From contig CAZCDO010000003.1 in assembly GCA_964497135.1 (NCBI GenBank), forward strand, positions 1 through 58,181: a stretch of DNA of 58,181 bases. Direction: 5' to 3'. The notes under the pieces were generated by a model. That model made no database searches, was not told the DNA's origin, and was given only the letters and a program-made list of their open reading frames with translations. Position numbers and translations under genes: made by a program. This document shows positions 37,228-47,700 of the stretch, piece after piece. This stretch comes from an uncultured Verrucomicrobiota bacterium (GTDB lineage: Bacteria > Verrucomicrobiota > Kiritimatiellia > CAIKKV01 > CAIJXV01). Position 1 is the stretch's first letter. Each line of letters opens with the position of its first letter.

Positions 37228-39282
37228 ATGGTCCCTGTTAACGCTTACGAAAACTGCGCCTCACGCATGGAGCAACGTGGCTGGCATCCGCCCCGCGCGG
37301 CATCAGTGGATGCACTGATCGAGGGGGTGTTGGCCGCGGGGGTCGAGGCTATCATTCATTCGGCCGTCAGCCAGGCGGGGCAGGCGTTATTTCCATCCAA
37401 AGTCTTTCCGCATTGCCATCCGGATGCCAGTTGGGAATCGTTCCATTATCTGATCGAACAATTGCATCGGATCGGCCGGCCGGTCCTGAGTTGGTATCCG
37501 CTCAATCATTCCGAGAGCGTCATCCAGGCCCATCCCGACTGGCGCATGTTGCCGATCGCCGGCGATGAATTGCCCCAGCCGGCCGCCAAAGATCACGGTT
37601 ACTATGTTTGCATCAATTCACCCTACCATGAACTCCTGCCGGAATTCTGCCGGGAAATCGTTCGCGATGTCGGATTCGATGGCGTGTGGTTCGATGGATC
37701 GGCCTTTGCGGTCAACGGCAACAAGCTGCCGGGATGTATCTGTGAATTCTGCCGGCGCCGCTTTCGCGACGATACCGGCCGGGCGTTGCCCGTTCGGACT
37801 GACTGGGATTCCCACGATTTCAAGGTCTGGGTCAACTGGCGGTATGACCGGCTGATGGGGTTCTGGAAAACGCTGGCCGATGCGATTCTGTCGGTCTCGC
37901 CTCAGGCGACGGTCGCCTTTAATAATTACCGGCGGCGAGGGCGTGACGGCGGGGGAGGGTGGGGGACGGGCATTCCGTTGCGGGAACTCGGATGGGATGT
38001 CCTGATGTCCGGCGAACTCGACCTGCACGCGTTACAGGGTGATTTTCAGATGAAGATGCACCGGGCCGCCCGTTGTGCGCGCGGGCAGGACACCTGGCTG
38101 GCCCTGTGCGATCACTGGAACATGTGGACGCCCGACGTGGATCTCGTTCCGATTCGTCAGGCGGCGGCGGGCTGTGCCGCGGCCGGGGGGGTGTTGTGGA
38201 TGGGCAGCGGGTTTGAACCCCGCCTGGTACCGCAGGTGTGCGCCACGGCCCAAGCCACCACAGCTCCCCTGATGCCGTATGTCAAAGATCCGCCCCTGCC
38301 CTATGCCGCGATCTGGGTCAGCCAGCAGACGCAGGATTTTTATGGAAAAAGCCGGCCGGAGGAGGCCTGGGACGCCTGGCATGGCGCCAACGAGCTGTGC
38401 CTGCATGCGCATGTGCCGTCGGCCATTGTTTTCGACGACCAGATTTTGAAGCCGGAAATTCTGCGGCAGTATCCCGTGCTCCTGGCCGGTAACACGGCCT
38501 GCGTGAGCGGGGAACAGGCGGCGCACCTGCGCCAGTATGTGGAGCAGGGCGGCGTTTTGATCGCCTCGCATGAATTCGGCACGCGGGATGAATGGGGACA
38601 GCCCCATGCGCGGCCCGTGCTGGATGATTTGCTGGGGATTCGTGAACGCCGGCCCGGCGCCGGAACGGCCACCCTCGAGCTGACCGCTTCCGACTTGATC
38701 GAGGCGTGTGGCCGGTGGGTCAGCACCGCATGGGTGCCGCACACCCTGGCGGTTCCCGGGGATCGGGTTGAATTGCTCGCACAGGTCGTGGATCACGGTC
38801 AGGAATCCTGGGACGACATGGAAAAACAAGGTCCGCCGAAACCCCGCCAGCCGGGTTTATGGCGGATGTCCCACGGGCAGGGTCAAATCGTTTATATCGG
38901 TACCGATCTATTCCGGGCGCATATCAAGGCCGCGACCACGTTTCACGTGCGCCTGTTCGCGGCGCTCCTTGAACGGGTGGCTCCGCCGCCGGTCAAGCTG
39001 CTTGCGCCGTTACAGGTAACGCTCAACGTCGCCGTGCGTCCGGATGGTTTCTGGGCGGTGCATTTGCACAATGCGCCCGGCACGATCTGGCGATACCAGA
39101 CCTATTTCAACAGCGGGGAGCTGTTGCCGGTCCACGACCTGCGGCTGAGCGTGCGGGTGCGGCGGGTGCGTGAGGCGCATTCCGGGCTGACCGGGCAAAC
39201 CTTTGCGGTGGATGCTGCGGGTACGACCGTGACGATTCCGGTGTTGGAGTGCAATGAGGTGGTGATTCTGGATCTCGCATAA
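37228..39282 (+). CDS. GH42-like/GHL6 glycoside hydrolase with beta-galactosidase trimerisation-like domain
   Basis: HPDW, CINSPY, FDGVWFD, CICEFC; C-terminal YVEQGGVLI and GQGQIVY. Confidence 0.65.
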   Translation: MVPVNAYENCASRMEQRGWHPPRAASVDALIEGVLAAGVEAIIHSAVSQAGQALFPSKVFPHCHPDASWESFHYLIEQLHRIGRPVLSWYPLNHSESVIQAHPDWRMLPIAGDELPQPAAKDHGYYVCINSPYHELLPEFCREIVRDVGFDGVWFDGSAFAVNGNKLPGCICEFCRRRFRDDTGRALPVRTDWDSHDFKVWVNWRYDRLMGFWKTLADAILSVSPQATVAFNNYRRRGRDGGGGWGTGIPLRELGWDVLMSGELDLHALQGDFQMKMHRAARCARGQDTWLALCDHWNMWTPDVDLVPIRQAAAGCAAAGGVLWMGSGFEPRLVPQVCATAQATTAPLMPYVKDPPLPYAAIWVSQQTQDFYGKSRPEEAWDAWHGANELCLHAHVPSAIVFDDQILKPEILRQYPVLLAGNTACVSGEQAAHLRQYVEQGGVLIASHEFGTRDEWGQPHARPVLDDLLGIRERRPGAGTATLELTASDLIEACGRWVSTAWVPHTLAVPGDRVELLAQVVDHGQESWDDMEKQGPPKPRQPGLWRMSHGQGQIVYIGTDLFRAHIKAATTFHVRLFAALLERVAPPPVKLLAPLQVTLNVAVRPDGFWAVHLHNAPGTIWRYQTYFNSGELLPVHDLRLSVRVRRVREAHSGLTGQTFAVDAAGTTVTIPVLECNEVVILDLA

Positions 39283-39399
39283 GGGAAACAGCTTTTAACC
39301 CCTAATATGCCTCTGGATATTTTTGACGCATAATACTCGGCACAATAAGAATGAAACTACCATCACCGCGCCTCAGCGAACCACCGCCCTTGATTGAGA

Positions 39400-39433
39400 T
39401 TGACAATGGTTCGAGCTGACGTACAATTGTACG
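39400..39433 (+). promoter_or_regulatory. sigma70 promoter with palindromic operator; probably a leaderless TA transcript
   Basis: TTGACA (39400)-16 nt-TACAAT (39422); perfect palindrome cgtacaattgtacg at 39420-39433; ATG at 39435. Confidence 0.7.
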
Positions 39434-39434
39434 C

Positions 39435-39824
39435 ATGAAGATTGTGGTCGATACAAATACGTTCTTGGCAGTCTCGCTGAATGAACCGGAGAGGGATTGG
39501 TTGATCGAGGCAACAGACGGGCATGACCTCGTTGCGCCGGCTGTGCTGCCATACGAGATCGGGAATGCTTTGTCATCTCTGGTGCGACGCAAACTTCTGA
39601 CGGAAGCGCAGCTTGCCGCAGCATGGGATGCAACGGCTGCCATTCCCGTGGAACTTGCATCCGTTAATGCGCGGGCGGCGCTTCTTCTCGCGGGACATTT
39701 TCGAATCTACGCTTATGACGCATACTTTCTTCAGTGTGCACTGGAGACAAAATCGCCGTTGCTCACGCTCGACCGCAGTATGAAGCGTGTGGCCGAACTG
39801 CTAGACATCACTCTCGTGGAGTAA
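39435..39824 (+). CDS. PIN-domain (VapC-like) toxin
   Basis: VVDTN, YEIGNAL, YDAYFL, LLTLD. Confidence 0.9.
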   Translation: MKIVVDTNTFLAVSLNEPERDWLIEATDGHDLVAPAVLPYEIGNALSSLVRRKLLTEAQLAAAWDATAAIPVELASVNARAALLLAGHFRIYAYDAYFLQCALETKSPLLTLDRSMKRVAELLDITLVE

Positions 39825-39826
39825 TC

Positions 39827-40066
39827 ATGAAAGTCTACACGTATTCACAAGCAAGACAGAATCTGGCAGAAGTACTGAACCAGTCGAAGGATGAATCGGT
39901 GATCATCCGCCGCCGCAGCGGCGATTCCTTCGCCGTGGTCCCCAAGCCACGGGAAGGCTCGCCCTTTGATGTGCCGGGCGTGAAGACCGCAGCCCGCACA
40001 TCCGACATTCTCGCGGCCGTGAGAGAAAGCCGATCAAAGCCATCCCAACAACGGCGCGCACGGTAG
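39827..40066 (+). CDS. Phd/YefM-like antitoxin
   Basis: MKVYTYSQARQNLAEVL..VIIRRR; directly follows the toxin gene. Confidence 0.85.
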   Translation: MKVYTYSQARQNLAEVLNQSKDESVIIRRRSGDSFAVVPKPREGSPFDVPGVKTAARTSDILAAVRESRSKPSQQRRAR

Positions 40067-40103
40067 CCTCGCAAGTTCGGCTCTGTGACGCCGGGCGTGA
40101 AGA
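40043..40103 (+). other. Degenerate integron attC-like site
   Basis: TCCCAAC-AACGG-CGCGCACG-GTAGCC-loop-GGCT-C-TGTGACG-CCGGGC-GTGAAGA; attC-like spacing with an extra G and T, but GTT reads GTG. Confidence 0.55.
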
Positions 40104-40308
40104 GGATGAGATTCATGAGTGCAATTCAACGGCTTGCTTTGACAGCCCTCAGAAGTGCCTGCCCGATGGGATGGCTCCTGTCGGCGCGGCGTAGCACGCT
40201 TTCCACATTGATCGGAAGAATTTTCGGAGAAATCCAGCTATCATTGAGGGTCGAGTTCCGAGATTTCATTTCCGGCTGGACCGCACTCGCGAAACTGAAG
40301 AGATCCGA

Positions 40309-42873
40309 ATGAAAAAAAATGATGATCGTCGTCTTGATGGTAAAATATCCGATTCGCTCCGAACGGGCGGCATCGGAGTCAACGACTCCCATGCGATCCG
40401 GTTCGACGGACCGCTGAACAACATCCATGAGGCGCCGGCGATCGGCAACGGCGATCTCGGTGCGCTGGTCCAGGTGTTTCAGAATGAGTTCCGGCTGCAC
40501 CTGGGCAAAAACGACATCTGGGATGCGCGCTTCGATAATGTGGCCCAGGAGGGAGTGGTCACGCAGGATGACTTGATTCGCATGTCGCGGGATTACGGGT
40601 TCCGGTTGGGCGGTGCGGCGTATGAAGGTAAGCCGGTGTTCGACCGGAAGCCGCCGAAAGGATTGCGCTACATCGATCATAACCCCGGTTGGGACAAACA
40701 TGTGTTTCCCTGTCCGAAACCGGCCGGGTTAATCCGAATCTTTCACTCGGGCACCAGTTCCACCCGCATTCGGACGGTGATCGATATAAAAACCGGCACA
40801 GTGATTTCCGATTTTGAAATGGAATTCGGCTGGCATGGCACCAGCGCCCTGCGGATCGAGGCATTTGTGGATCGGACAACCAACGCTGTCCGGATCCGCC
40901 TGACCCAGAAACAAAAGATGGGTGGAATGCGGTTGTGTGTCGAAAAGCCGCCGGACGGCATCGATCCTACGATTCCCCTGCCGCAGGTAACCCGGGAAGG
41001 GGACTGGCAGGGCGTGGTCACCCAAACGATTCCCGCGGGATATGGGGCAAAGAGGTTCCAATGGCATCTGGCGGCGCAATTCCCGCAACCGGAAAAGGGG
41101 CGCATGGTCAAGCCCGTGCAGGCGCATCCCTATCGATTGTGGCAGGTGTGCGAGCTGCAGGCGGAGCAGTCGCTGGAATTCATGGTGGGGGTGGCGACGG
41201 ATCGGGATACCCCTCACCTCAGTCCTCTCCCTCAAGGGGCGAGGAAGGAGCGGCAAGGCAGTAGGGCACGGGCGAGGCGGCTGGCGGGGAAGGCGACCGC
41301 GCAAGCGTATGATCGCGCGCGCCATGCGCAGGTCCGGGCGTGGAGTGAATTCTGGGATCGGTCCGGCATCGAGCTGGCCGACAAGGAACTGGAGAAGACG
41401 TGGTACCGGAACCTCTTCGCGCTGGCCTGTCAGATCCGACCGGGTGCGATGGCACCGGGGCTGGTGGGGAATATCGTGCCGTGGGAGACGTCCTCCTGGC
41501 ATGGCACCTTCACCGTCAACATGAACACGCAGAAGATGTTCCTCTCCTCGGTGCCGACGAATCATCCGGAATGGATCGATTGTTACGCCGATTGGCTGGA
41601 TCACATGAAGCCCAGCTTCCGCCATCTGGCGAAAATCACCTTTGGGCTCAAAGGGATCCATTCGCCGCACATGATTTTCCCCTATCAAAGACCGGAACGA
41701 CAGGCCAGTTCGAACCAATGCGGGCGGGCCTTGGGCATGACCGGGTGGCATGGCCAACCTCTCTGGTGGCGCTGGGAATTTTTCCGCGATAAAACCTTCC
41801 TCCGGCAACGGGCCTATCCCTATTTCAAGGAAGCCGCCAGTTTTTATTGGCGGTACTTGCAAAAATATCTGGATGAAAGCGGAGATCTGTATCCCTCACT
41901 CAATTTGGAAGGGCCGCCCTGGACGAAGGATTTTGTGCACAACCGCGATCCGTTCATCGATCTCATTTTGTTTCGCAACACCTTTCAGTATGCGATCGAG
42001 GCCGCAAAGGTGCTCAAGGTGGATGCCGCCTGGCGGAAACGATGGGACTGGGGGTTGTCGAAAATCCGACCGGTCCGCGTGGACCGGCTGGACAGCGGCC
42101 GGTTTTGGATCTATGCGGACAAAAACGATGTCCCGAACAATCCCGACAACTGGCGCGGGCCGCGGCAGATTCAAGCCGGCCAATCAGTGGCGGCGGCCTG
42201 GACGGTTTTCCCCGGCGAAACGGTGGAGGGCGATGAGCCGGACGGGTTGGCGCCGGCGCTGCGCCAGATTATGCGGGATAATCACTGGGCGAAATGGCAT
42301 CCGGATGTGATCTGGATTCACCACTGGTGGTGCGCTATTCCGGCTTTGCGCATGGGGTTGCCCGATGCCTTCAAGATGGCGCGCGCGATCATCCTGCGCG
42401 AACGCTTCCCGGCCGGTCAGGCCCGGACGACGCACTGGATCCATCTTCAACCGGATGTGTGGCGCGTCCCCGAGGATAATTATTTGGGGGTGACGGCCAC
42501 GACCGAGATGTTGATGCAAAGTCAAGGCGGAGTGATCCGGCTTTTTCCCTGCTGGCCCCGTGCGAAGCGGGCGGCCTTCCGCGGGTTACCGGCGCGCGGG
42601 GGCTTTGTCGTGGCGGCGGCTTGGGTTCCGGGCCAAGGATTGAGCGCAGATATCGACAGTTTGGCCGGAGTCGAATGCCGCATCCGGTGGCCGTTCGACC
42701 ATCTGCCGCGCGTAACGGCGGGAGGTCGTCGGGTGGCGGTGTCGAAAGCCGGGCGCGACATTATCTTCCGAACCCGCGCGGGGGGGCGGTACCGAGTAGT
42801 CGAGGAACATGCAAAACTCCCGCCAGAACGGTCGGGACGGCTCGTGCTTCGTAGCGAAAGAAGCCTTCGCTGA
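40309..42873 (+). CDS. GH95/GH65-like glycoside hydrolase
   Basis: IGNGDLG, LGKNDIWD, WSEFWDRS, EMLMQS..IRLFPCWP, LPARGGF. Confidence 0.75.
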   Translation: MKKNDDRRLDGKISDSLRTGGIGVNDSHAIRFDGPLNNIHEAPAIGNGDLGALVQVFQNEFRLHLGKNDIWDARFDNVAQEGVVTQDDLIRMSRDYGFRLGGAAYEGKPVFDRKPPKGLRYIDHNPGWDKHVFPCPKPAGLIRIFHSGTSSTRIRTVIDIKTGTVISDFEMEFGWHGTSALRIEAFVDRTTNAVRIRLTQKQKMGGMRLCVEKPPDGIDPTIPLPQVTREGDWQGVVTQTIPAGYGAKRFQWHLAAQFPQPEKGRMVKPVQAHPYRLWQVCELQAEQSLEFMVGVATDRDTPHLSPLPQGARKERQGSRARARRLAGKATAQAYDRARHAQVRAWSEFWDRSGIELADKELEKTWYRNLFALACQIRPGAMAPGLVGNIVPWETSSWHGTFTVNMNTQKMFLSSVPTNHPEWIDCYADWLDHMKPSFRHLAKITFGLKGIHSPHMIFPYQRPERQASSNQCGRALGMTGWHGQPLWWRWEFFRDKTFLRQRAYPYFKEAASFYWRYLQKYLDESGDLYPSLNLEGPPWTKDFVHNRDPFIDLILFRNTFQYAIEAAKVLKVDAAWRKRWDWGLSKIRPVRVDRLDSGRFWIYADKNDVPNNPDNWRGPRQIQAGQSVAAAWTVFPGETVEGDEPDGLAPALRQIMRDNHWAKWHPDVIWIHHWWCAIPALRMGLPDAFKMARAIILRERFPAGQARTTHWIHLQPDVWRVPEDNYLGVTATTEMLMQSQGGVIRLFPCWPRAKRAAFRGLPARGGFVVAAAWVPGQGLSADIDSLAGVECRIRWPFDHLPRVTAGGRRVAVSKAGRDIIFRTRAGGRYRVVEEHAKLPPERSGRLVLRSERSLR

Positions 42874-43366
42874 CTTCGCAGCGACTCCACCGCCGACGGC
42901 CGGCGGATCAAACAGACGAGAAACTCGAGATGGTTACGAGGGGCAATTTGTATCTGTTTCCGGACATTGTCGGTGGCTTATTGCACCTCCCTCCCCCCGG
43001 CGAGGGGGAGGGCCGGGGAGAGGGGGATCCGCCCAAACGAAGCGTGGGATTCTAAAGATCCCCCTCACCCTACCCTCCCCCTCGCCGGGGGGAGGGAAAA
43101 ACTCGCTTCTCCTGCGAAACATGCGGAAGTTACTGGGGAGAGTAGCAAGCCCGACCCTCCAGAAAACGGGAAAAAGGCTTGTTTGCATCAATGGAGGGAC
43201 GACCTCCGTGTCGTCCGCGGGAGGTTTTGCAAGCGGCTTAGTCGGTAATAGCCTGTAAATCAACGACTAAGCCGTTGGACTAAGTGTAACCGACTAAGAC
43301 ATGCGACGAAGTGTTCTGTTATTCTGATTCAACTTACGTTGTTAGGTTGAACCTTCCGGCCCGACC

Positions 43367-44488
43367 TTATCGGATTTTGAGTTTGAACCAGCGGATGACG
43401 GAGACGCCTTCTTCGTAACCCCAGAAGGCGACCAAGATCGTTCCGTCCGGTGCCCGGGTAATGCTGGGTGCCCCAAATTTTAGAACCTGGAAGTTTTGTG
43501 CCATGTTTTTGGATCGGCTGGTCAAGCCGCCGACCTGGGTGCCCCATAAAGGGAGTTCGTCATCATTGACCCAACGGTCCCCTTTTAGGTGGGAAATATT
43601 GGCCCAGAGACCGGGTTTATCCATGCGGCGATAGACGCAGAGGATCCGCCCATCGGCGAGGAGAAAGGGAGTCAGGGTTTGCCCCTGTAACCCGGTGGAG
43701 CGGGGCGCAGACCAGGATTTGCCCCCCTGCCGGCTGATGACATATTGGTTGGGGCGGTCTTTGGCTGCTTTGTCGTCATACGCCCAGGCCAGCGCGAGTA
43801 AAGTGCGGTCCTGGAATTCGACGATTTTCGATTCCCAGAAGAAAACCCGGCCCTTGGGTTCCCGCATCACATTCAGATATTCCGGCCAGGTCCTGCCGCG
43901 ATCCGGGGAGACCAGCGCGATCATTTTAACGCCGTTGGGGCACTGCCCCTGCCAGCCCGGCCAGGTCAGGGTCGGGAGCAGCCACCGCCCATCTTGCAGA
44001 GGGGTGATGGGAGAACACATTTCGAAGGAAGGTCCAACCAGGGGCGGGGTCAAGGTCTTAGGGGTGGACCATGAACGGCCATAATCGAGGGATCGGATCA
44101 ACAGCAATTCGGTCGGGACAAATCCCAGCGTTTTCGGGTTGGTCAGACCTTCGTGGGGATGATCTGTTCGGTCGTGGCGGATCATAAAGACGACGAGTTC
44201 GCCGTTGGGAAGGGCCGTCAAACGGGCGCAGTTAGAGGTCAACCGGCCTTTAACCCCGGCGGCGAGGGCGCCTTCGAGCGCCCAGGTTTCTCCCCCATCG
44301 GTAGAGCGGCAGACATGGGTTCTCAGGTTCGGCGCCTCAAAGGCCTCGCCCAGCACAACGGTGGCGAGCATTTCGCCGTTATCCAGGCTGACCACGGAGG
44401 GAAAATAGGCGTGGAGGCTGTGGACATGGGGTGCCGGGTTTTTGTAGATCAGCCCGGTTCCGATTTGTTGAATGGAGGATTTTTTCAT
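43367..44488 (-). CDS. Sialidase-like BNR/Asp-box beta-propeller protein
   Basis: Asp boxes STDGGETW, SLDYGRSW, SPDRGRTW, SRQGGKSW. Confidence 0.8.
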   Translation of the reverse strand: MKKSSIQQIGTGLIYKNPAPHVHSLHAYFPSVVSLDNGEMLATVVLGEAFEAPNLRTHVCRSTDGGETWALEGALAAGVKGRLTSNCARLTALPNGELVVFMIRHDRTDHPHEGLTNPKTLGFVPTELLLIRSLDYGRSWSTPKTLTPPLVGPSFEMCSPITPLQDGRWLLPTLTWPGWQGQCPNGVKMIALVSPDRGRTWPEYLNVMREPKGRVFFWESKIVEFQDRTLLALAWAYDDKAAKDRPNQYVISRQGGKSWSAPRSTGLQGQTLTPFLLADGRILCVYRRMDKPGLWANISHLKGDRWVNDDELPLWGTQVGGLTSRSKNMAQNFQVLKFGAPSITRAPDGTILVAFWGYEEGVSVIRWFKLKIR

Positions 44489-44762
44489 AACACCCTGAAA
44501 ATACATCACCTTATGGCGAATCCGCAACCTAAATATGAAGAGGCCTTCCCCCTGATTTCGGAGTATCGTTTTATACATAAATTGGATCGAAACGTACATA
44601 CCTTTGTAATCGCTACGGAACCGTTTTTTTGGTATAAATCTTTGGATTAGATGGAATTTTGTGCAATAAGGTCGATTTCAGGAGGCTTCCCAACAATGCT
44701 GGATTGTGGTAATATCTTTTAAAAGTGGGTGGGTTATTCATGCTGAAAGAGGTATTTAAACG

Positions 44763-47700
44763 ATGAACGCATATCCATTCGAACGATACTGGAAATGGGC
44801 GGCCGTGATAGCCCTGATCGGGATGGTGACTGGCACGCAGGCCGCGAATCAATACTGGGATTCCGCGACGGATGCGGGGTACCAGCATGGGACCGGGGTG
44901 TGGAGCACGGCGGACGCGAATTGGACCGCCAACGGGGGGGCGCCGCTGGCGGTTTGGGCGCAGACCAACCGCGCGGTGTTCGCGTCGACCGACGGCAGCG
45001 CGTCGCGCATTACGGTCAATAGCGGCACGATCTTGGCGACCGGCCTGGTTTTTACGGGCAACGGGTATACGCTGATCGTGACGAACGGCGCGACGGTCAG
45101 CAACGGGACGTTGGCGGTGTCGATGATCGGGGGGGCGAACCGGATCGAAATGGCGGGGGGCGCGACGGCTGCCTATTGGAAGAACCCGACGACGCTGAAC
45201 ATCGGGCTGACGAACGGGAACAACGCATTTTGGGTGGATGGTCTGGGGACGGCGGGGAGCGCCTGGGCGACCAATGGGGGCGTGATGACGGTCGGGAATG
45301 GAACGGGGAGCGATGGGAACCGGCTGGTGGTGACAAACGGGGGGTATTTGTTCAACGGCAACGCGGTGTATGTGGGGTTTCCTTCGACCAATAACAGCGT
45401 CGAGGTGACAGGGGGCGGCTCGACTTGGAATCTGGGCGGGCAATTGATGACGGTCGGTCGGACGGCCGGGGCGAATGGGAATCGATTGACGATCGACGGG
45501 CAGGGGACGGCGGGGGGAGCGCGGGTGACGAACATGACGTCCTTGGTGGTTGGCTTGATGGGAGCCAGCGAGAATGTTTTGACGATCAAAAATGGCGGGT
45601 ATTTGTTCAGCGGCACGCCGTATGTGATGGTGGGGGCCACCTCGTCGTATAACCGGGTGACTGTGGCGGGGGGAGGCGCTCTTTGGAATGCCGGTGCGCA
45701 AACCTTATACATCGGATATACCATGGCCACGGGGAATGTGCTCACCATTGACGGTCTCGGCGTGGCGGGGGGCGCGAAGGTGACCAATGTTTTACAGATG
45801 GTTTTGGGCTCCGGGGTGACGGGAAATGGATTGAACCGGCTGGTGATTACCAATGGGGGGAATTTATTCAGCGCGAGCACCCTATCCTACTTGGGCAATT
45901 ATTCGATCTCCAATAGCGCCGAGATATCGGGCGGAGGCGCGCTTTGGAATCTGGGCGGCGCAATCTTGACGATCGGGCGCGCGGGCGGGGTGGGCAATCG
46001 ATTGTTGATCGACGGGCAAGGGGTGTCCGGCGGAGCCCAAGTGACGAATCTGGCCGCGATCGTGGTGGGAGATATGTTGGGCGGCAGGGAAAACGAACTG
46101 GTCATCACCAATGGCGGACATTTGGTCAATACGGCGAATTTGACGGTTGGTTACACTTCGTCCTACAACCGCCTGACGGTGGTGGGGCCCGGCTCGCTTT
46201 GCCGATTGGGCGCCAATTATTTATTTGTTGGCGATGCCGGTTCCACGGGGAATGTGCTGACGATTGACGGTCTCGGCGTGGCGGGCGGAGCGGTGGTGAC
46301 AAATGGGACCCTGATGCGGGTGGGAAATGCCGCGGGTGCCAACTTTAACCGGATGGTCATTACCAACGGGGGTGCTTTATACCACTCGGGAATGGCCTAT
46401 GTGGGCCAGGCTTCATTTTCCAATAGCGCCGAAGTGACAGGCGGCGGGGCGCTTTGGAACCTGGGCGCACAAGCATTGGTGGTGGGCCATGCGACGGGGG
46501 GCAATGGGAATCGCCTGGCCATCGACGGGCAGGGGGTCGCAGGCGGGGCGCGGGTGACGAATGTGGCGGCGTTGACGGTGGGGAATCTGGCGAGTAACGC
46601 GTTCAATGAAATGGTCATCACGAACGGCGGCCAATTATTCACAACCGGGGCGGCGCTGATCGGATATACCTCATCCTATAACCGGGTCAGCGTGGCCGGA
46701 ACCGGGAGCGTGTGGCATTTGAATGGGCAGACATTGACCCTTGGGCGAGGGACTACCGCGACGACCGGAAACGTTTTGACGGTGGACGGGCAGGGGGTGG
46801 CGGCGGGCGCGTTGGTGACCAACGCGGGCGCGATCACGGTCGGGTCGTTGGCGGGGAGCGTATTCAACGAGTTGACGATCACCAATGGCGGAAGGGTTTA
46901 TAGCCGGGGCACCTCGGTGATCGGGAGCACGGCGTCGAACAACACGGCGCGGGTGATCGGGGCGGGGTCGGTGTGGGATCACGGGGGCTCGAACCTGACC
47001 ATCGGGACGGCGGGTTATCTGGAAAACGCGCTGGTGATCGATCAGGGCGGGTCGGTGTTGAATGTGGGCACATTGACCGTTTTGGCGACCAACGATCTGA
47101 TTTTGAGTGGCGGGACGTTGACGGCGACAAATATCACGAGCGGTCTGCAGACTGAATTTGTGGTGGGGGATGGAACACAAGCGGCGAGTCTGGGCGGGCT
47201 GGGGGGCGGAATCTTGTCGTTTCCGCAAGGACTTTTCGTCAACAGCAACGCGCAGTTGACCGGGCAAGGGGTGGTTACGGGCGGCAATGCGGGAGTCATT
47301 TTAACGAACGGGGCGGCGATTGCGCCGGGGTTGGCCGGGGCGGGATCCCTGACCATTCGAGGGAGCAACCTGGTCTGGCGCGGAGGGGCGACCTATCGGT
47401 GCGACATCACCAACCTGGCAACGGGACCGGGCGTGGGCTGGGATGTGCTCAACGTGAGTTCGCAACTGGTGATGACGGGCGAGGGGTTGTGTCGGATTTC
47501 GGTCGAATCCCAGGGACAGGCCACCGCCGGGTACCTGCCGGGCTCCGATTACAATATCTTGATCATGACGCTGGGGGATATGAGCGGGCTCGACCTCGGC
47601 AAAATCAGCCTGCGGACGAACGATTTCGCGAATCCGGCGAATGGGACATGGGGAGTGACGAATTTCGGGACGAGCGTGGATCTGGCGTATCGGGCGGCGG

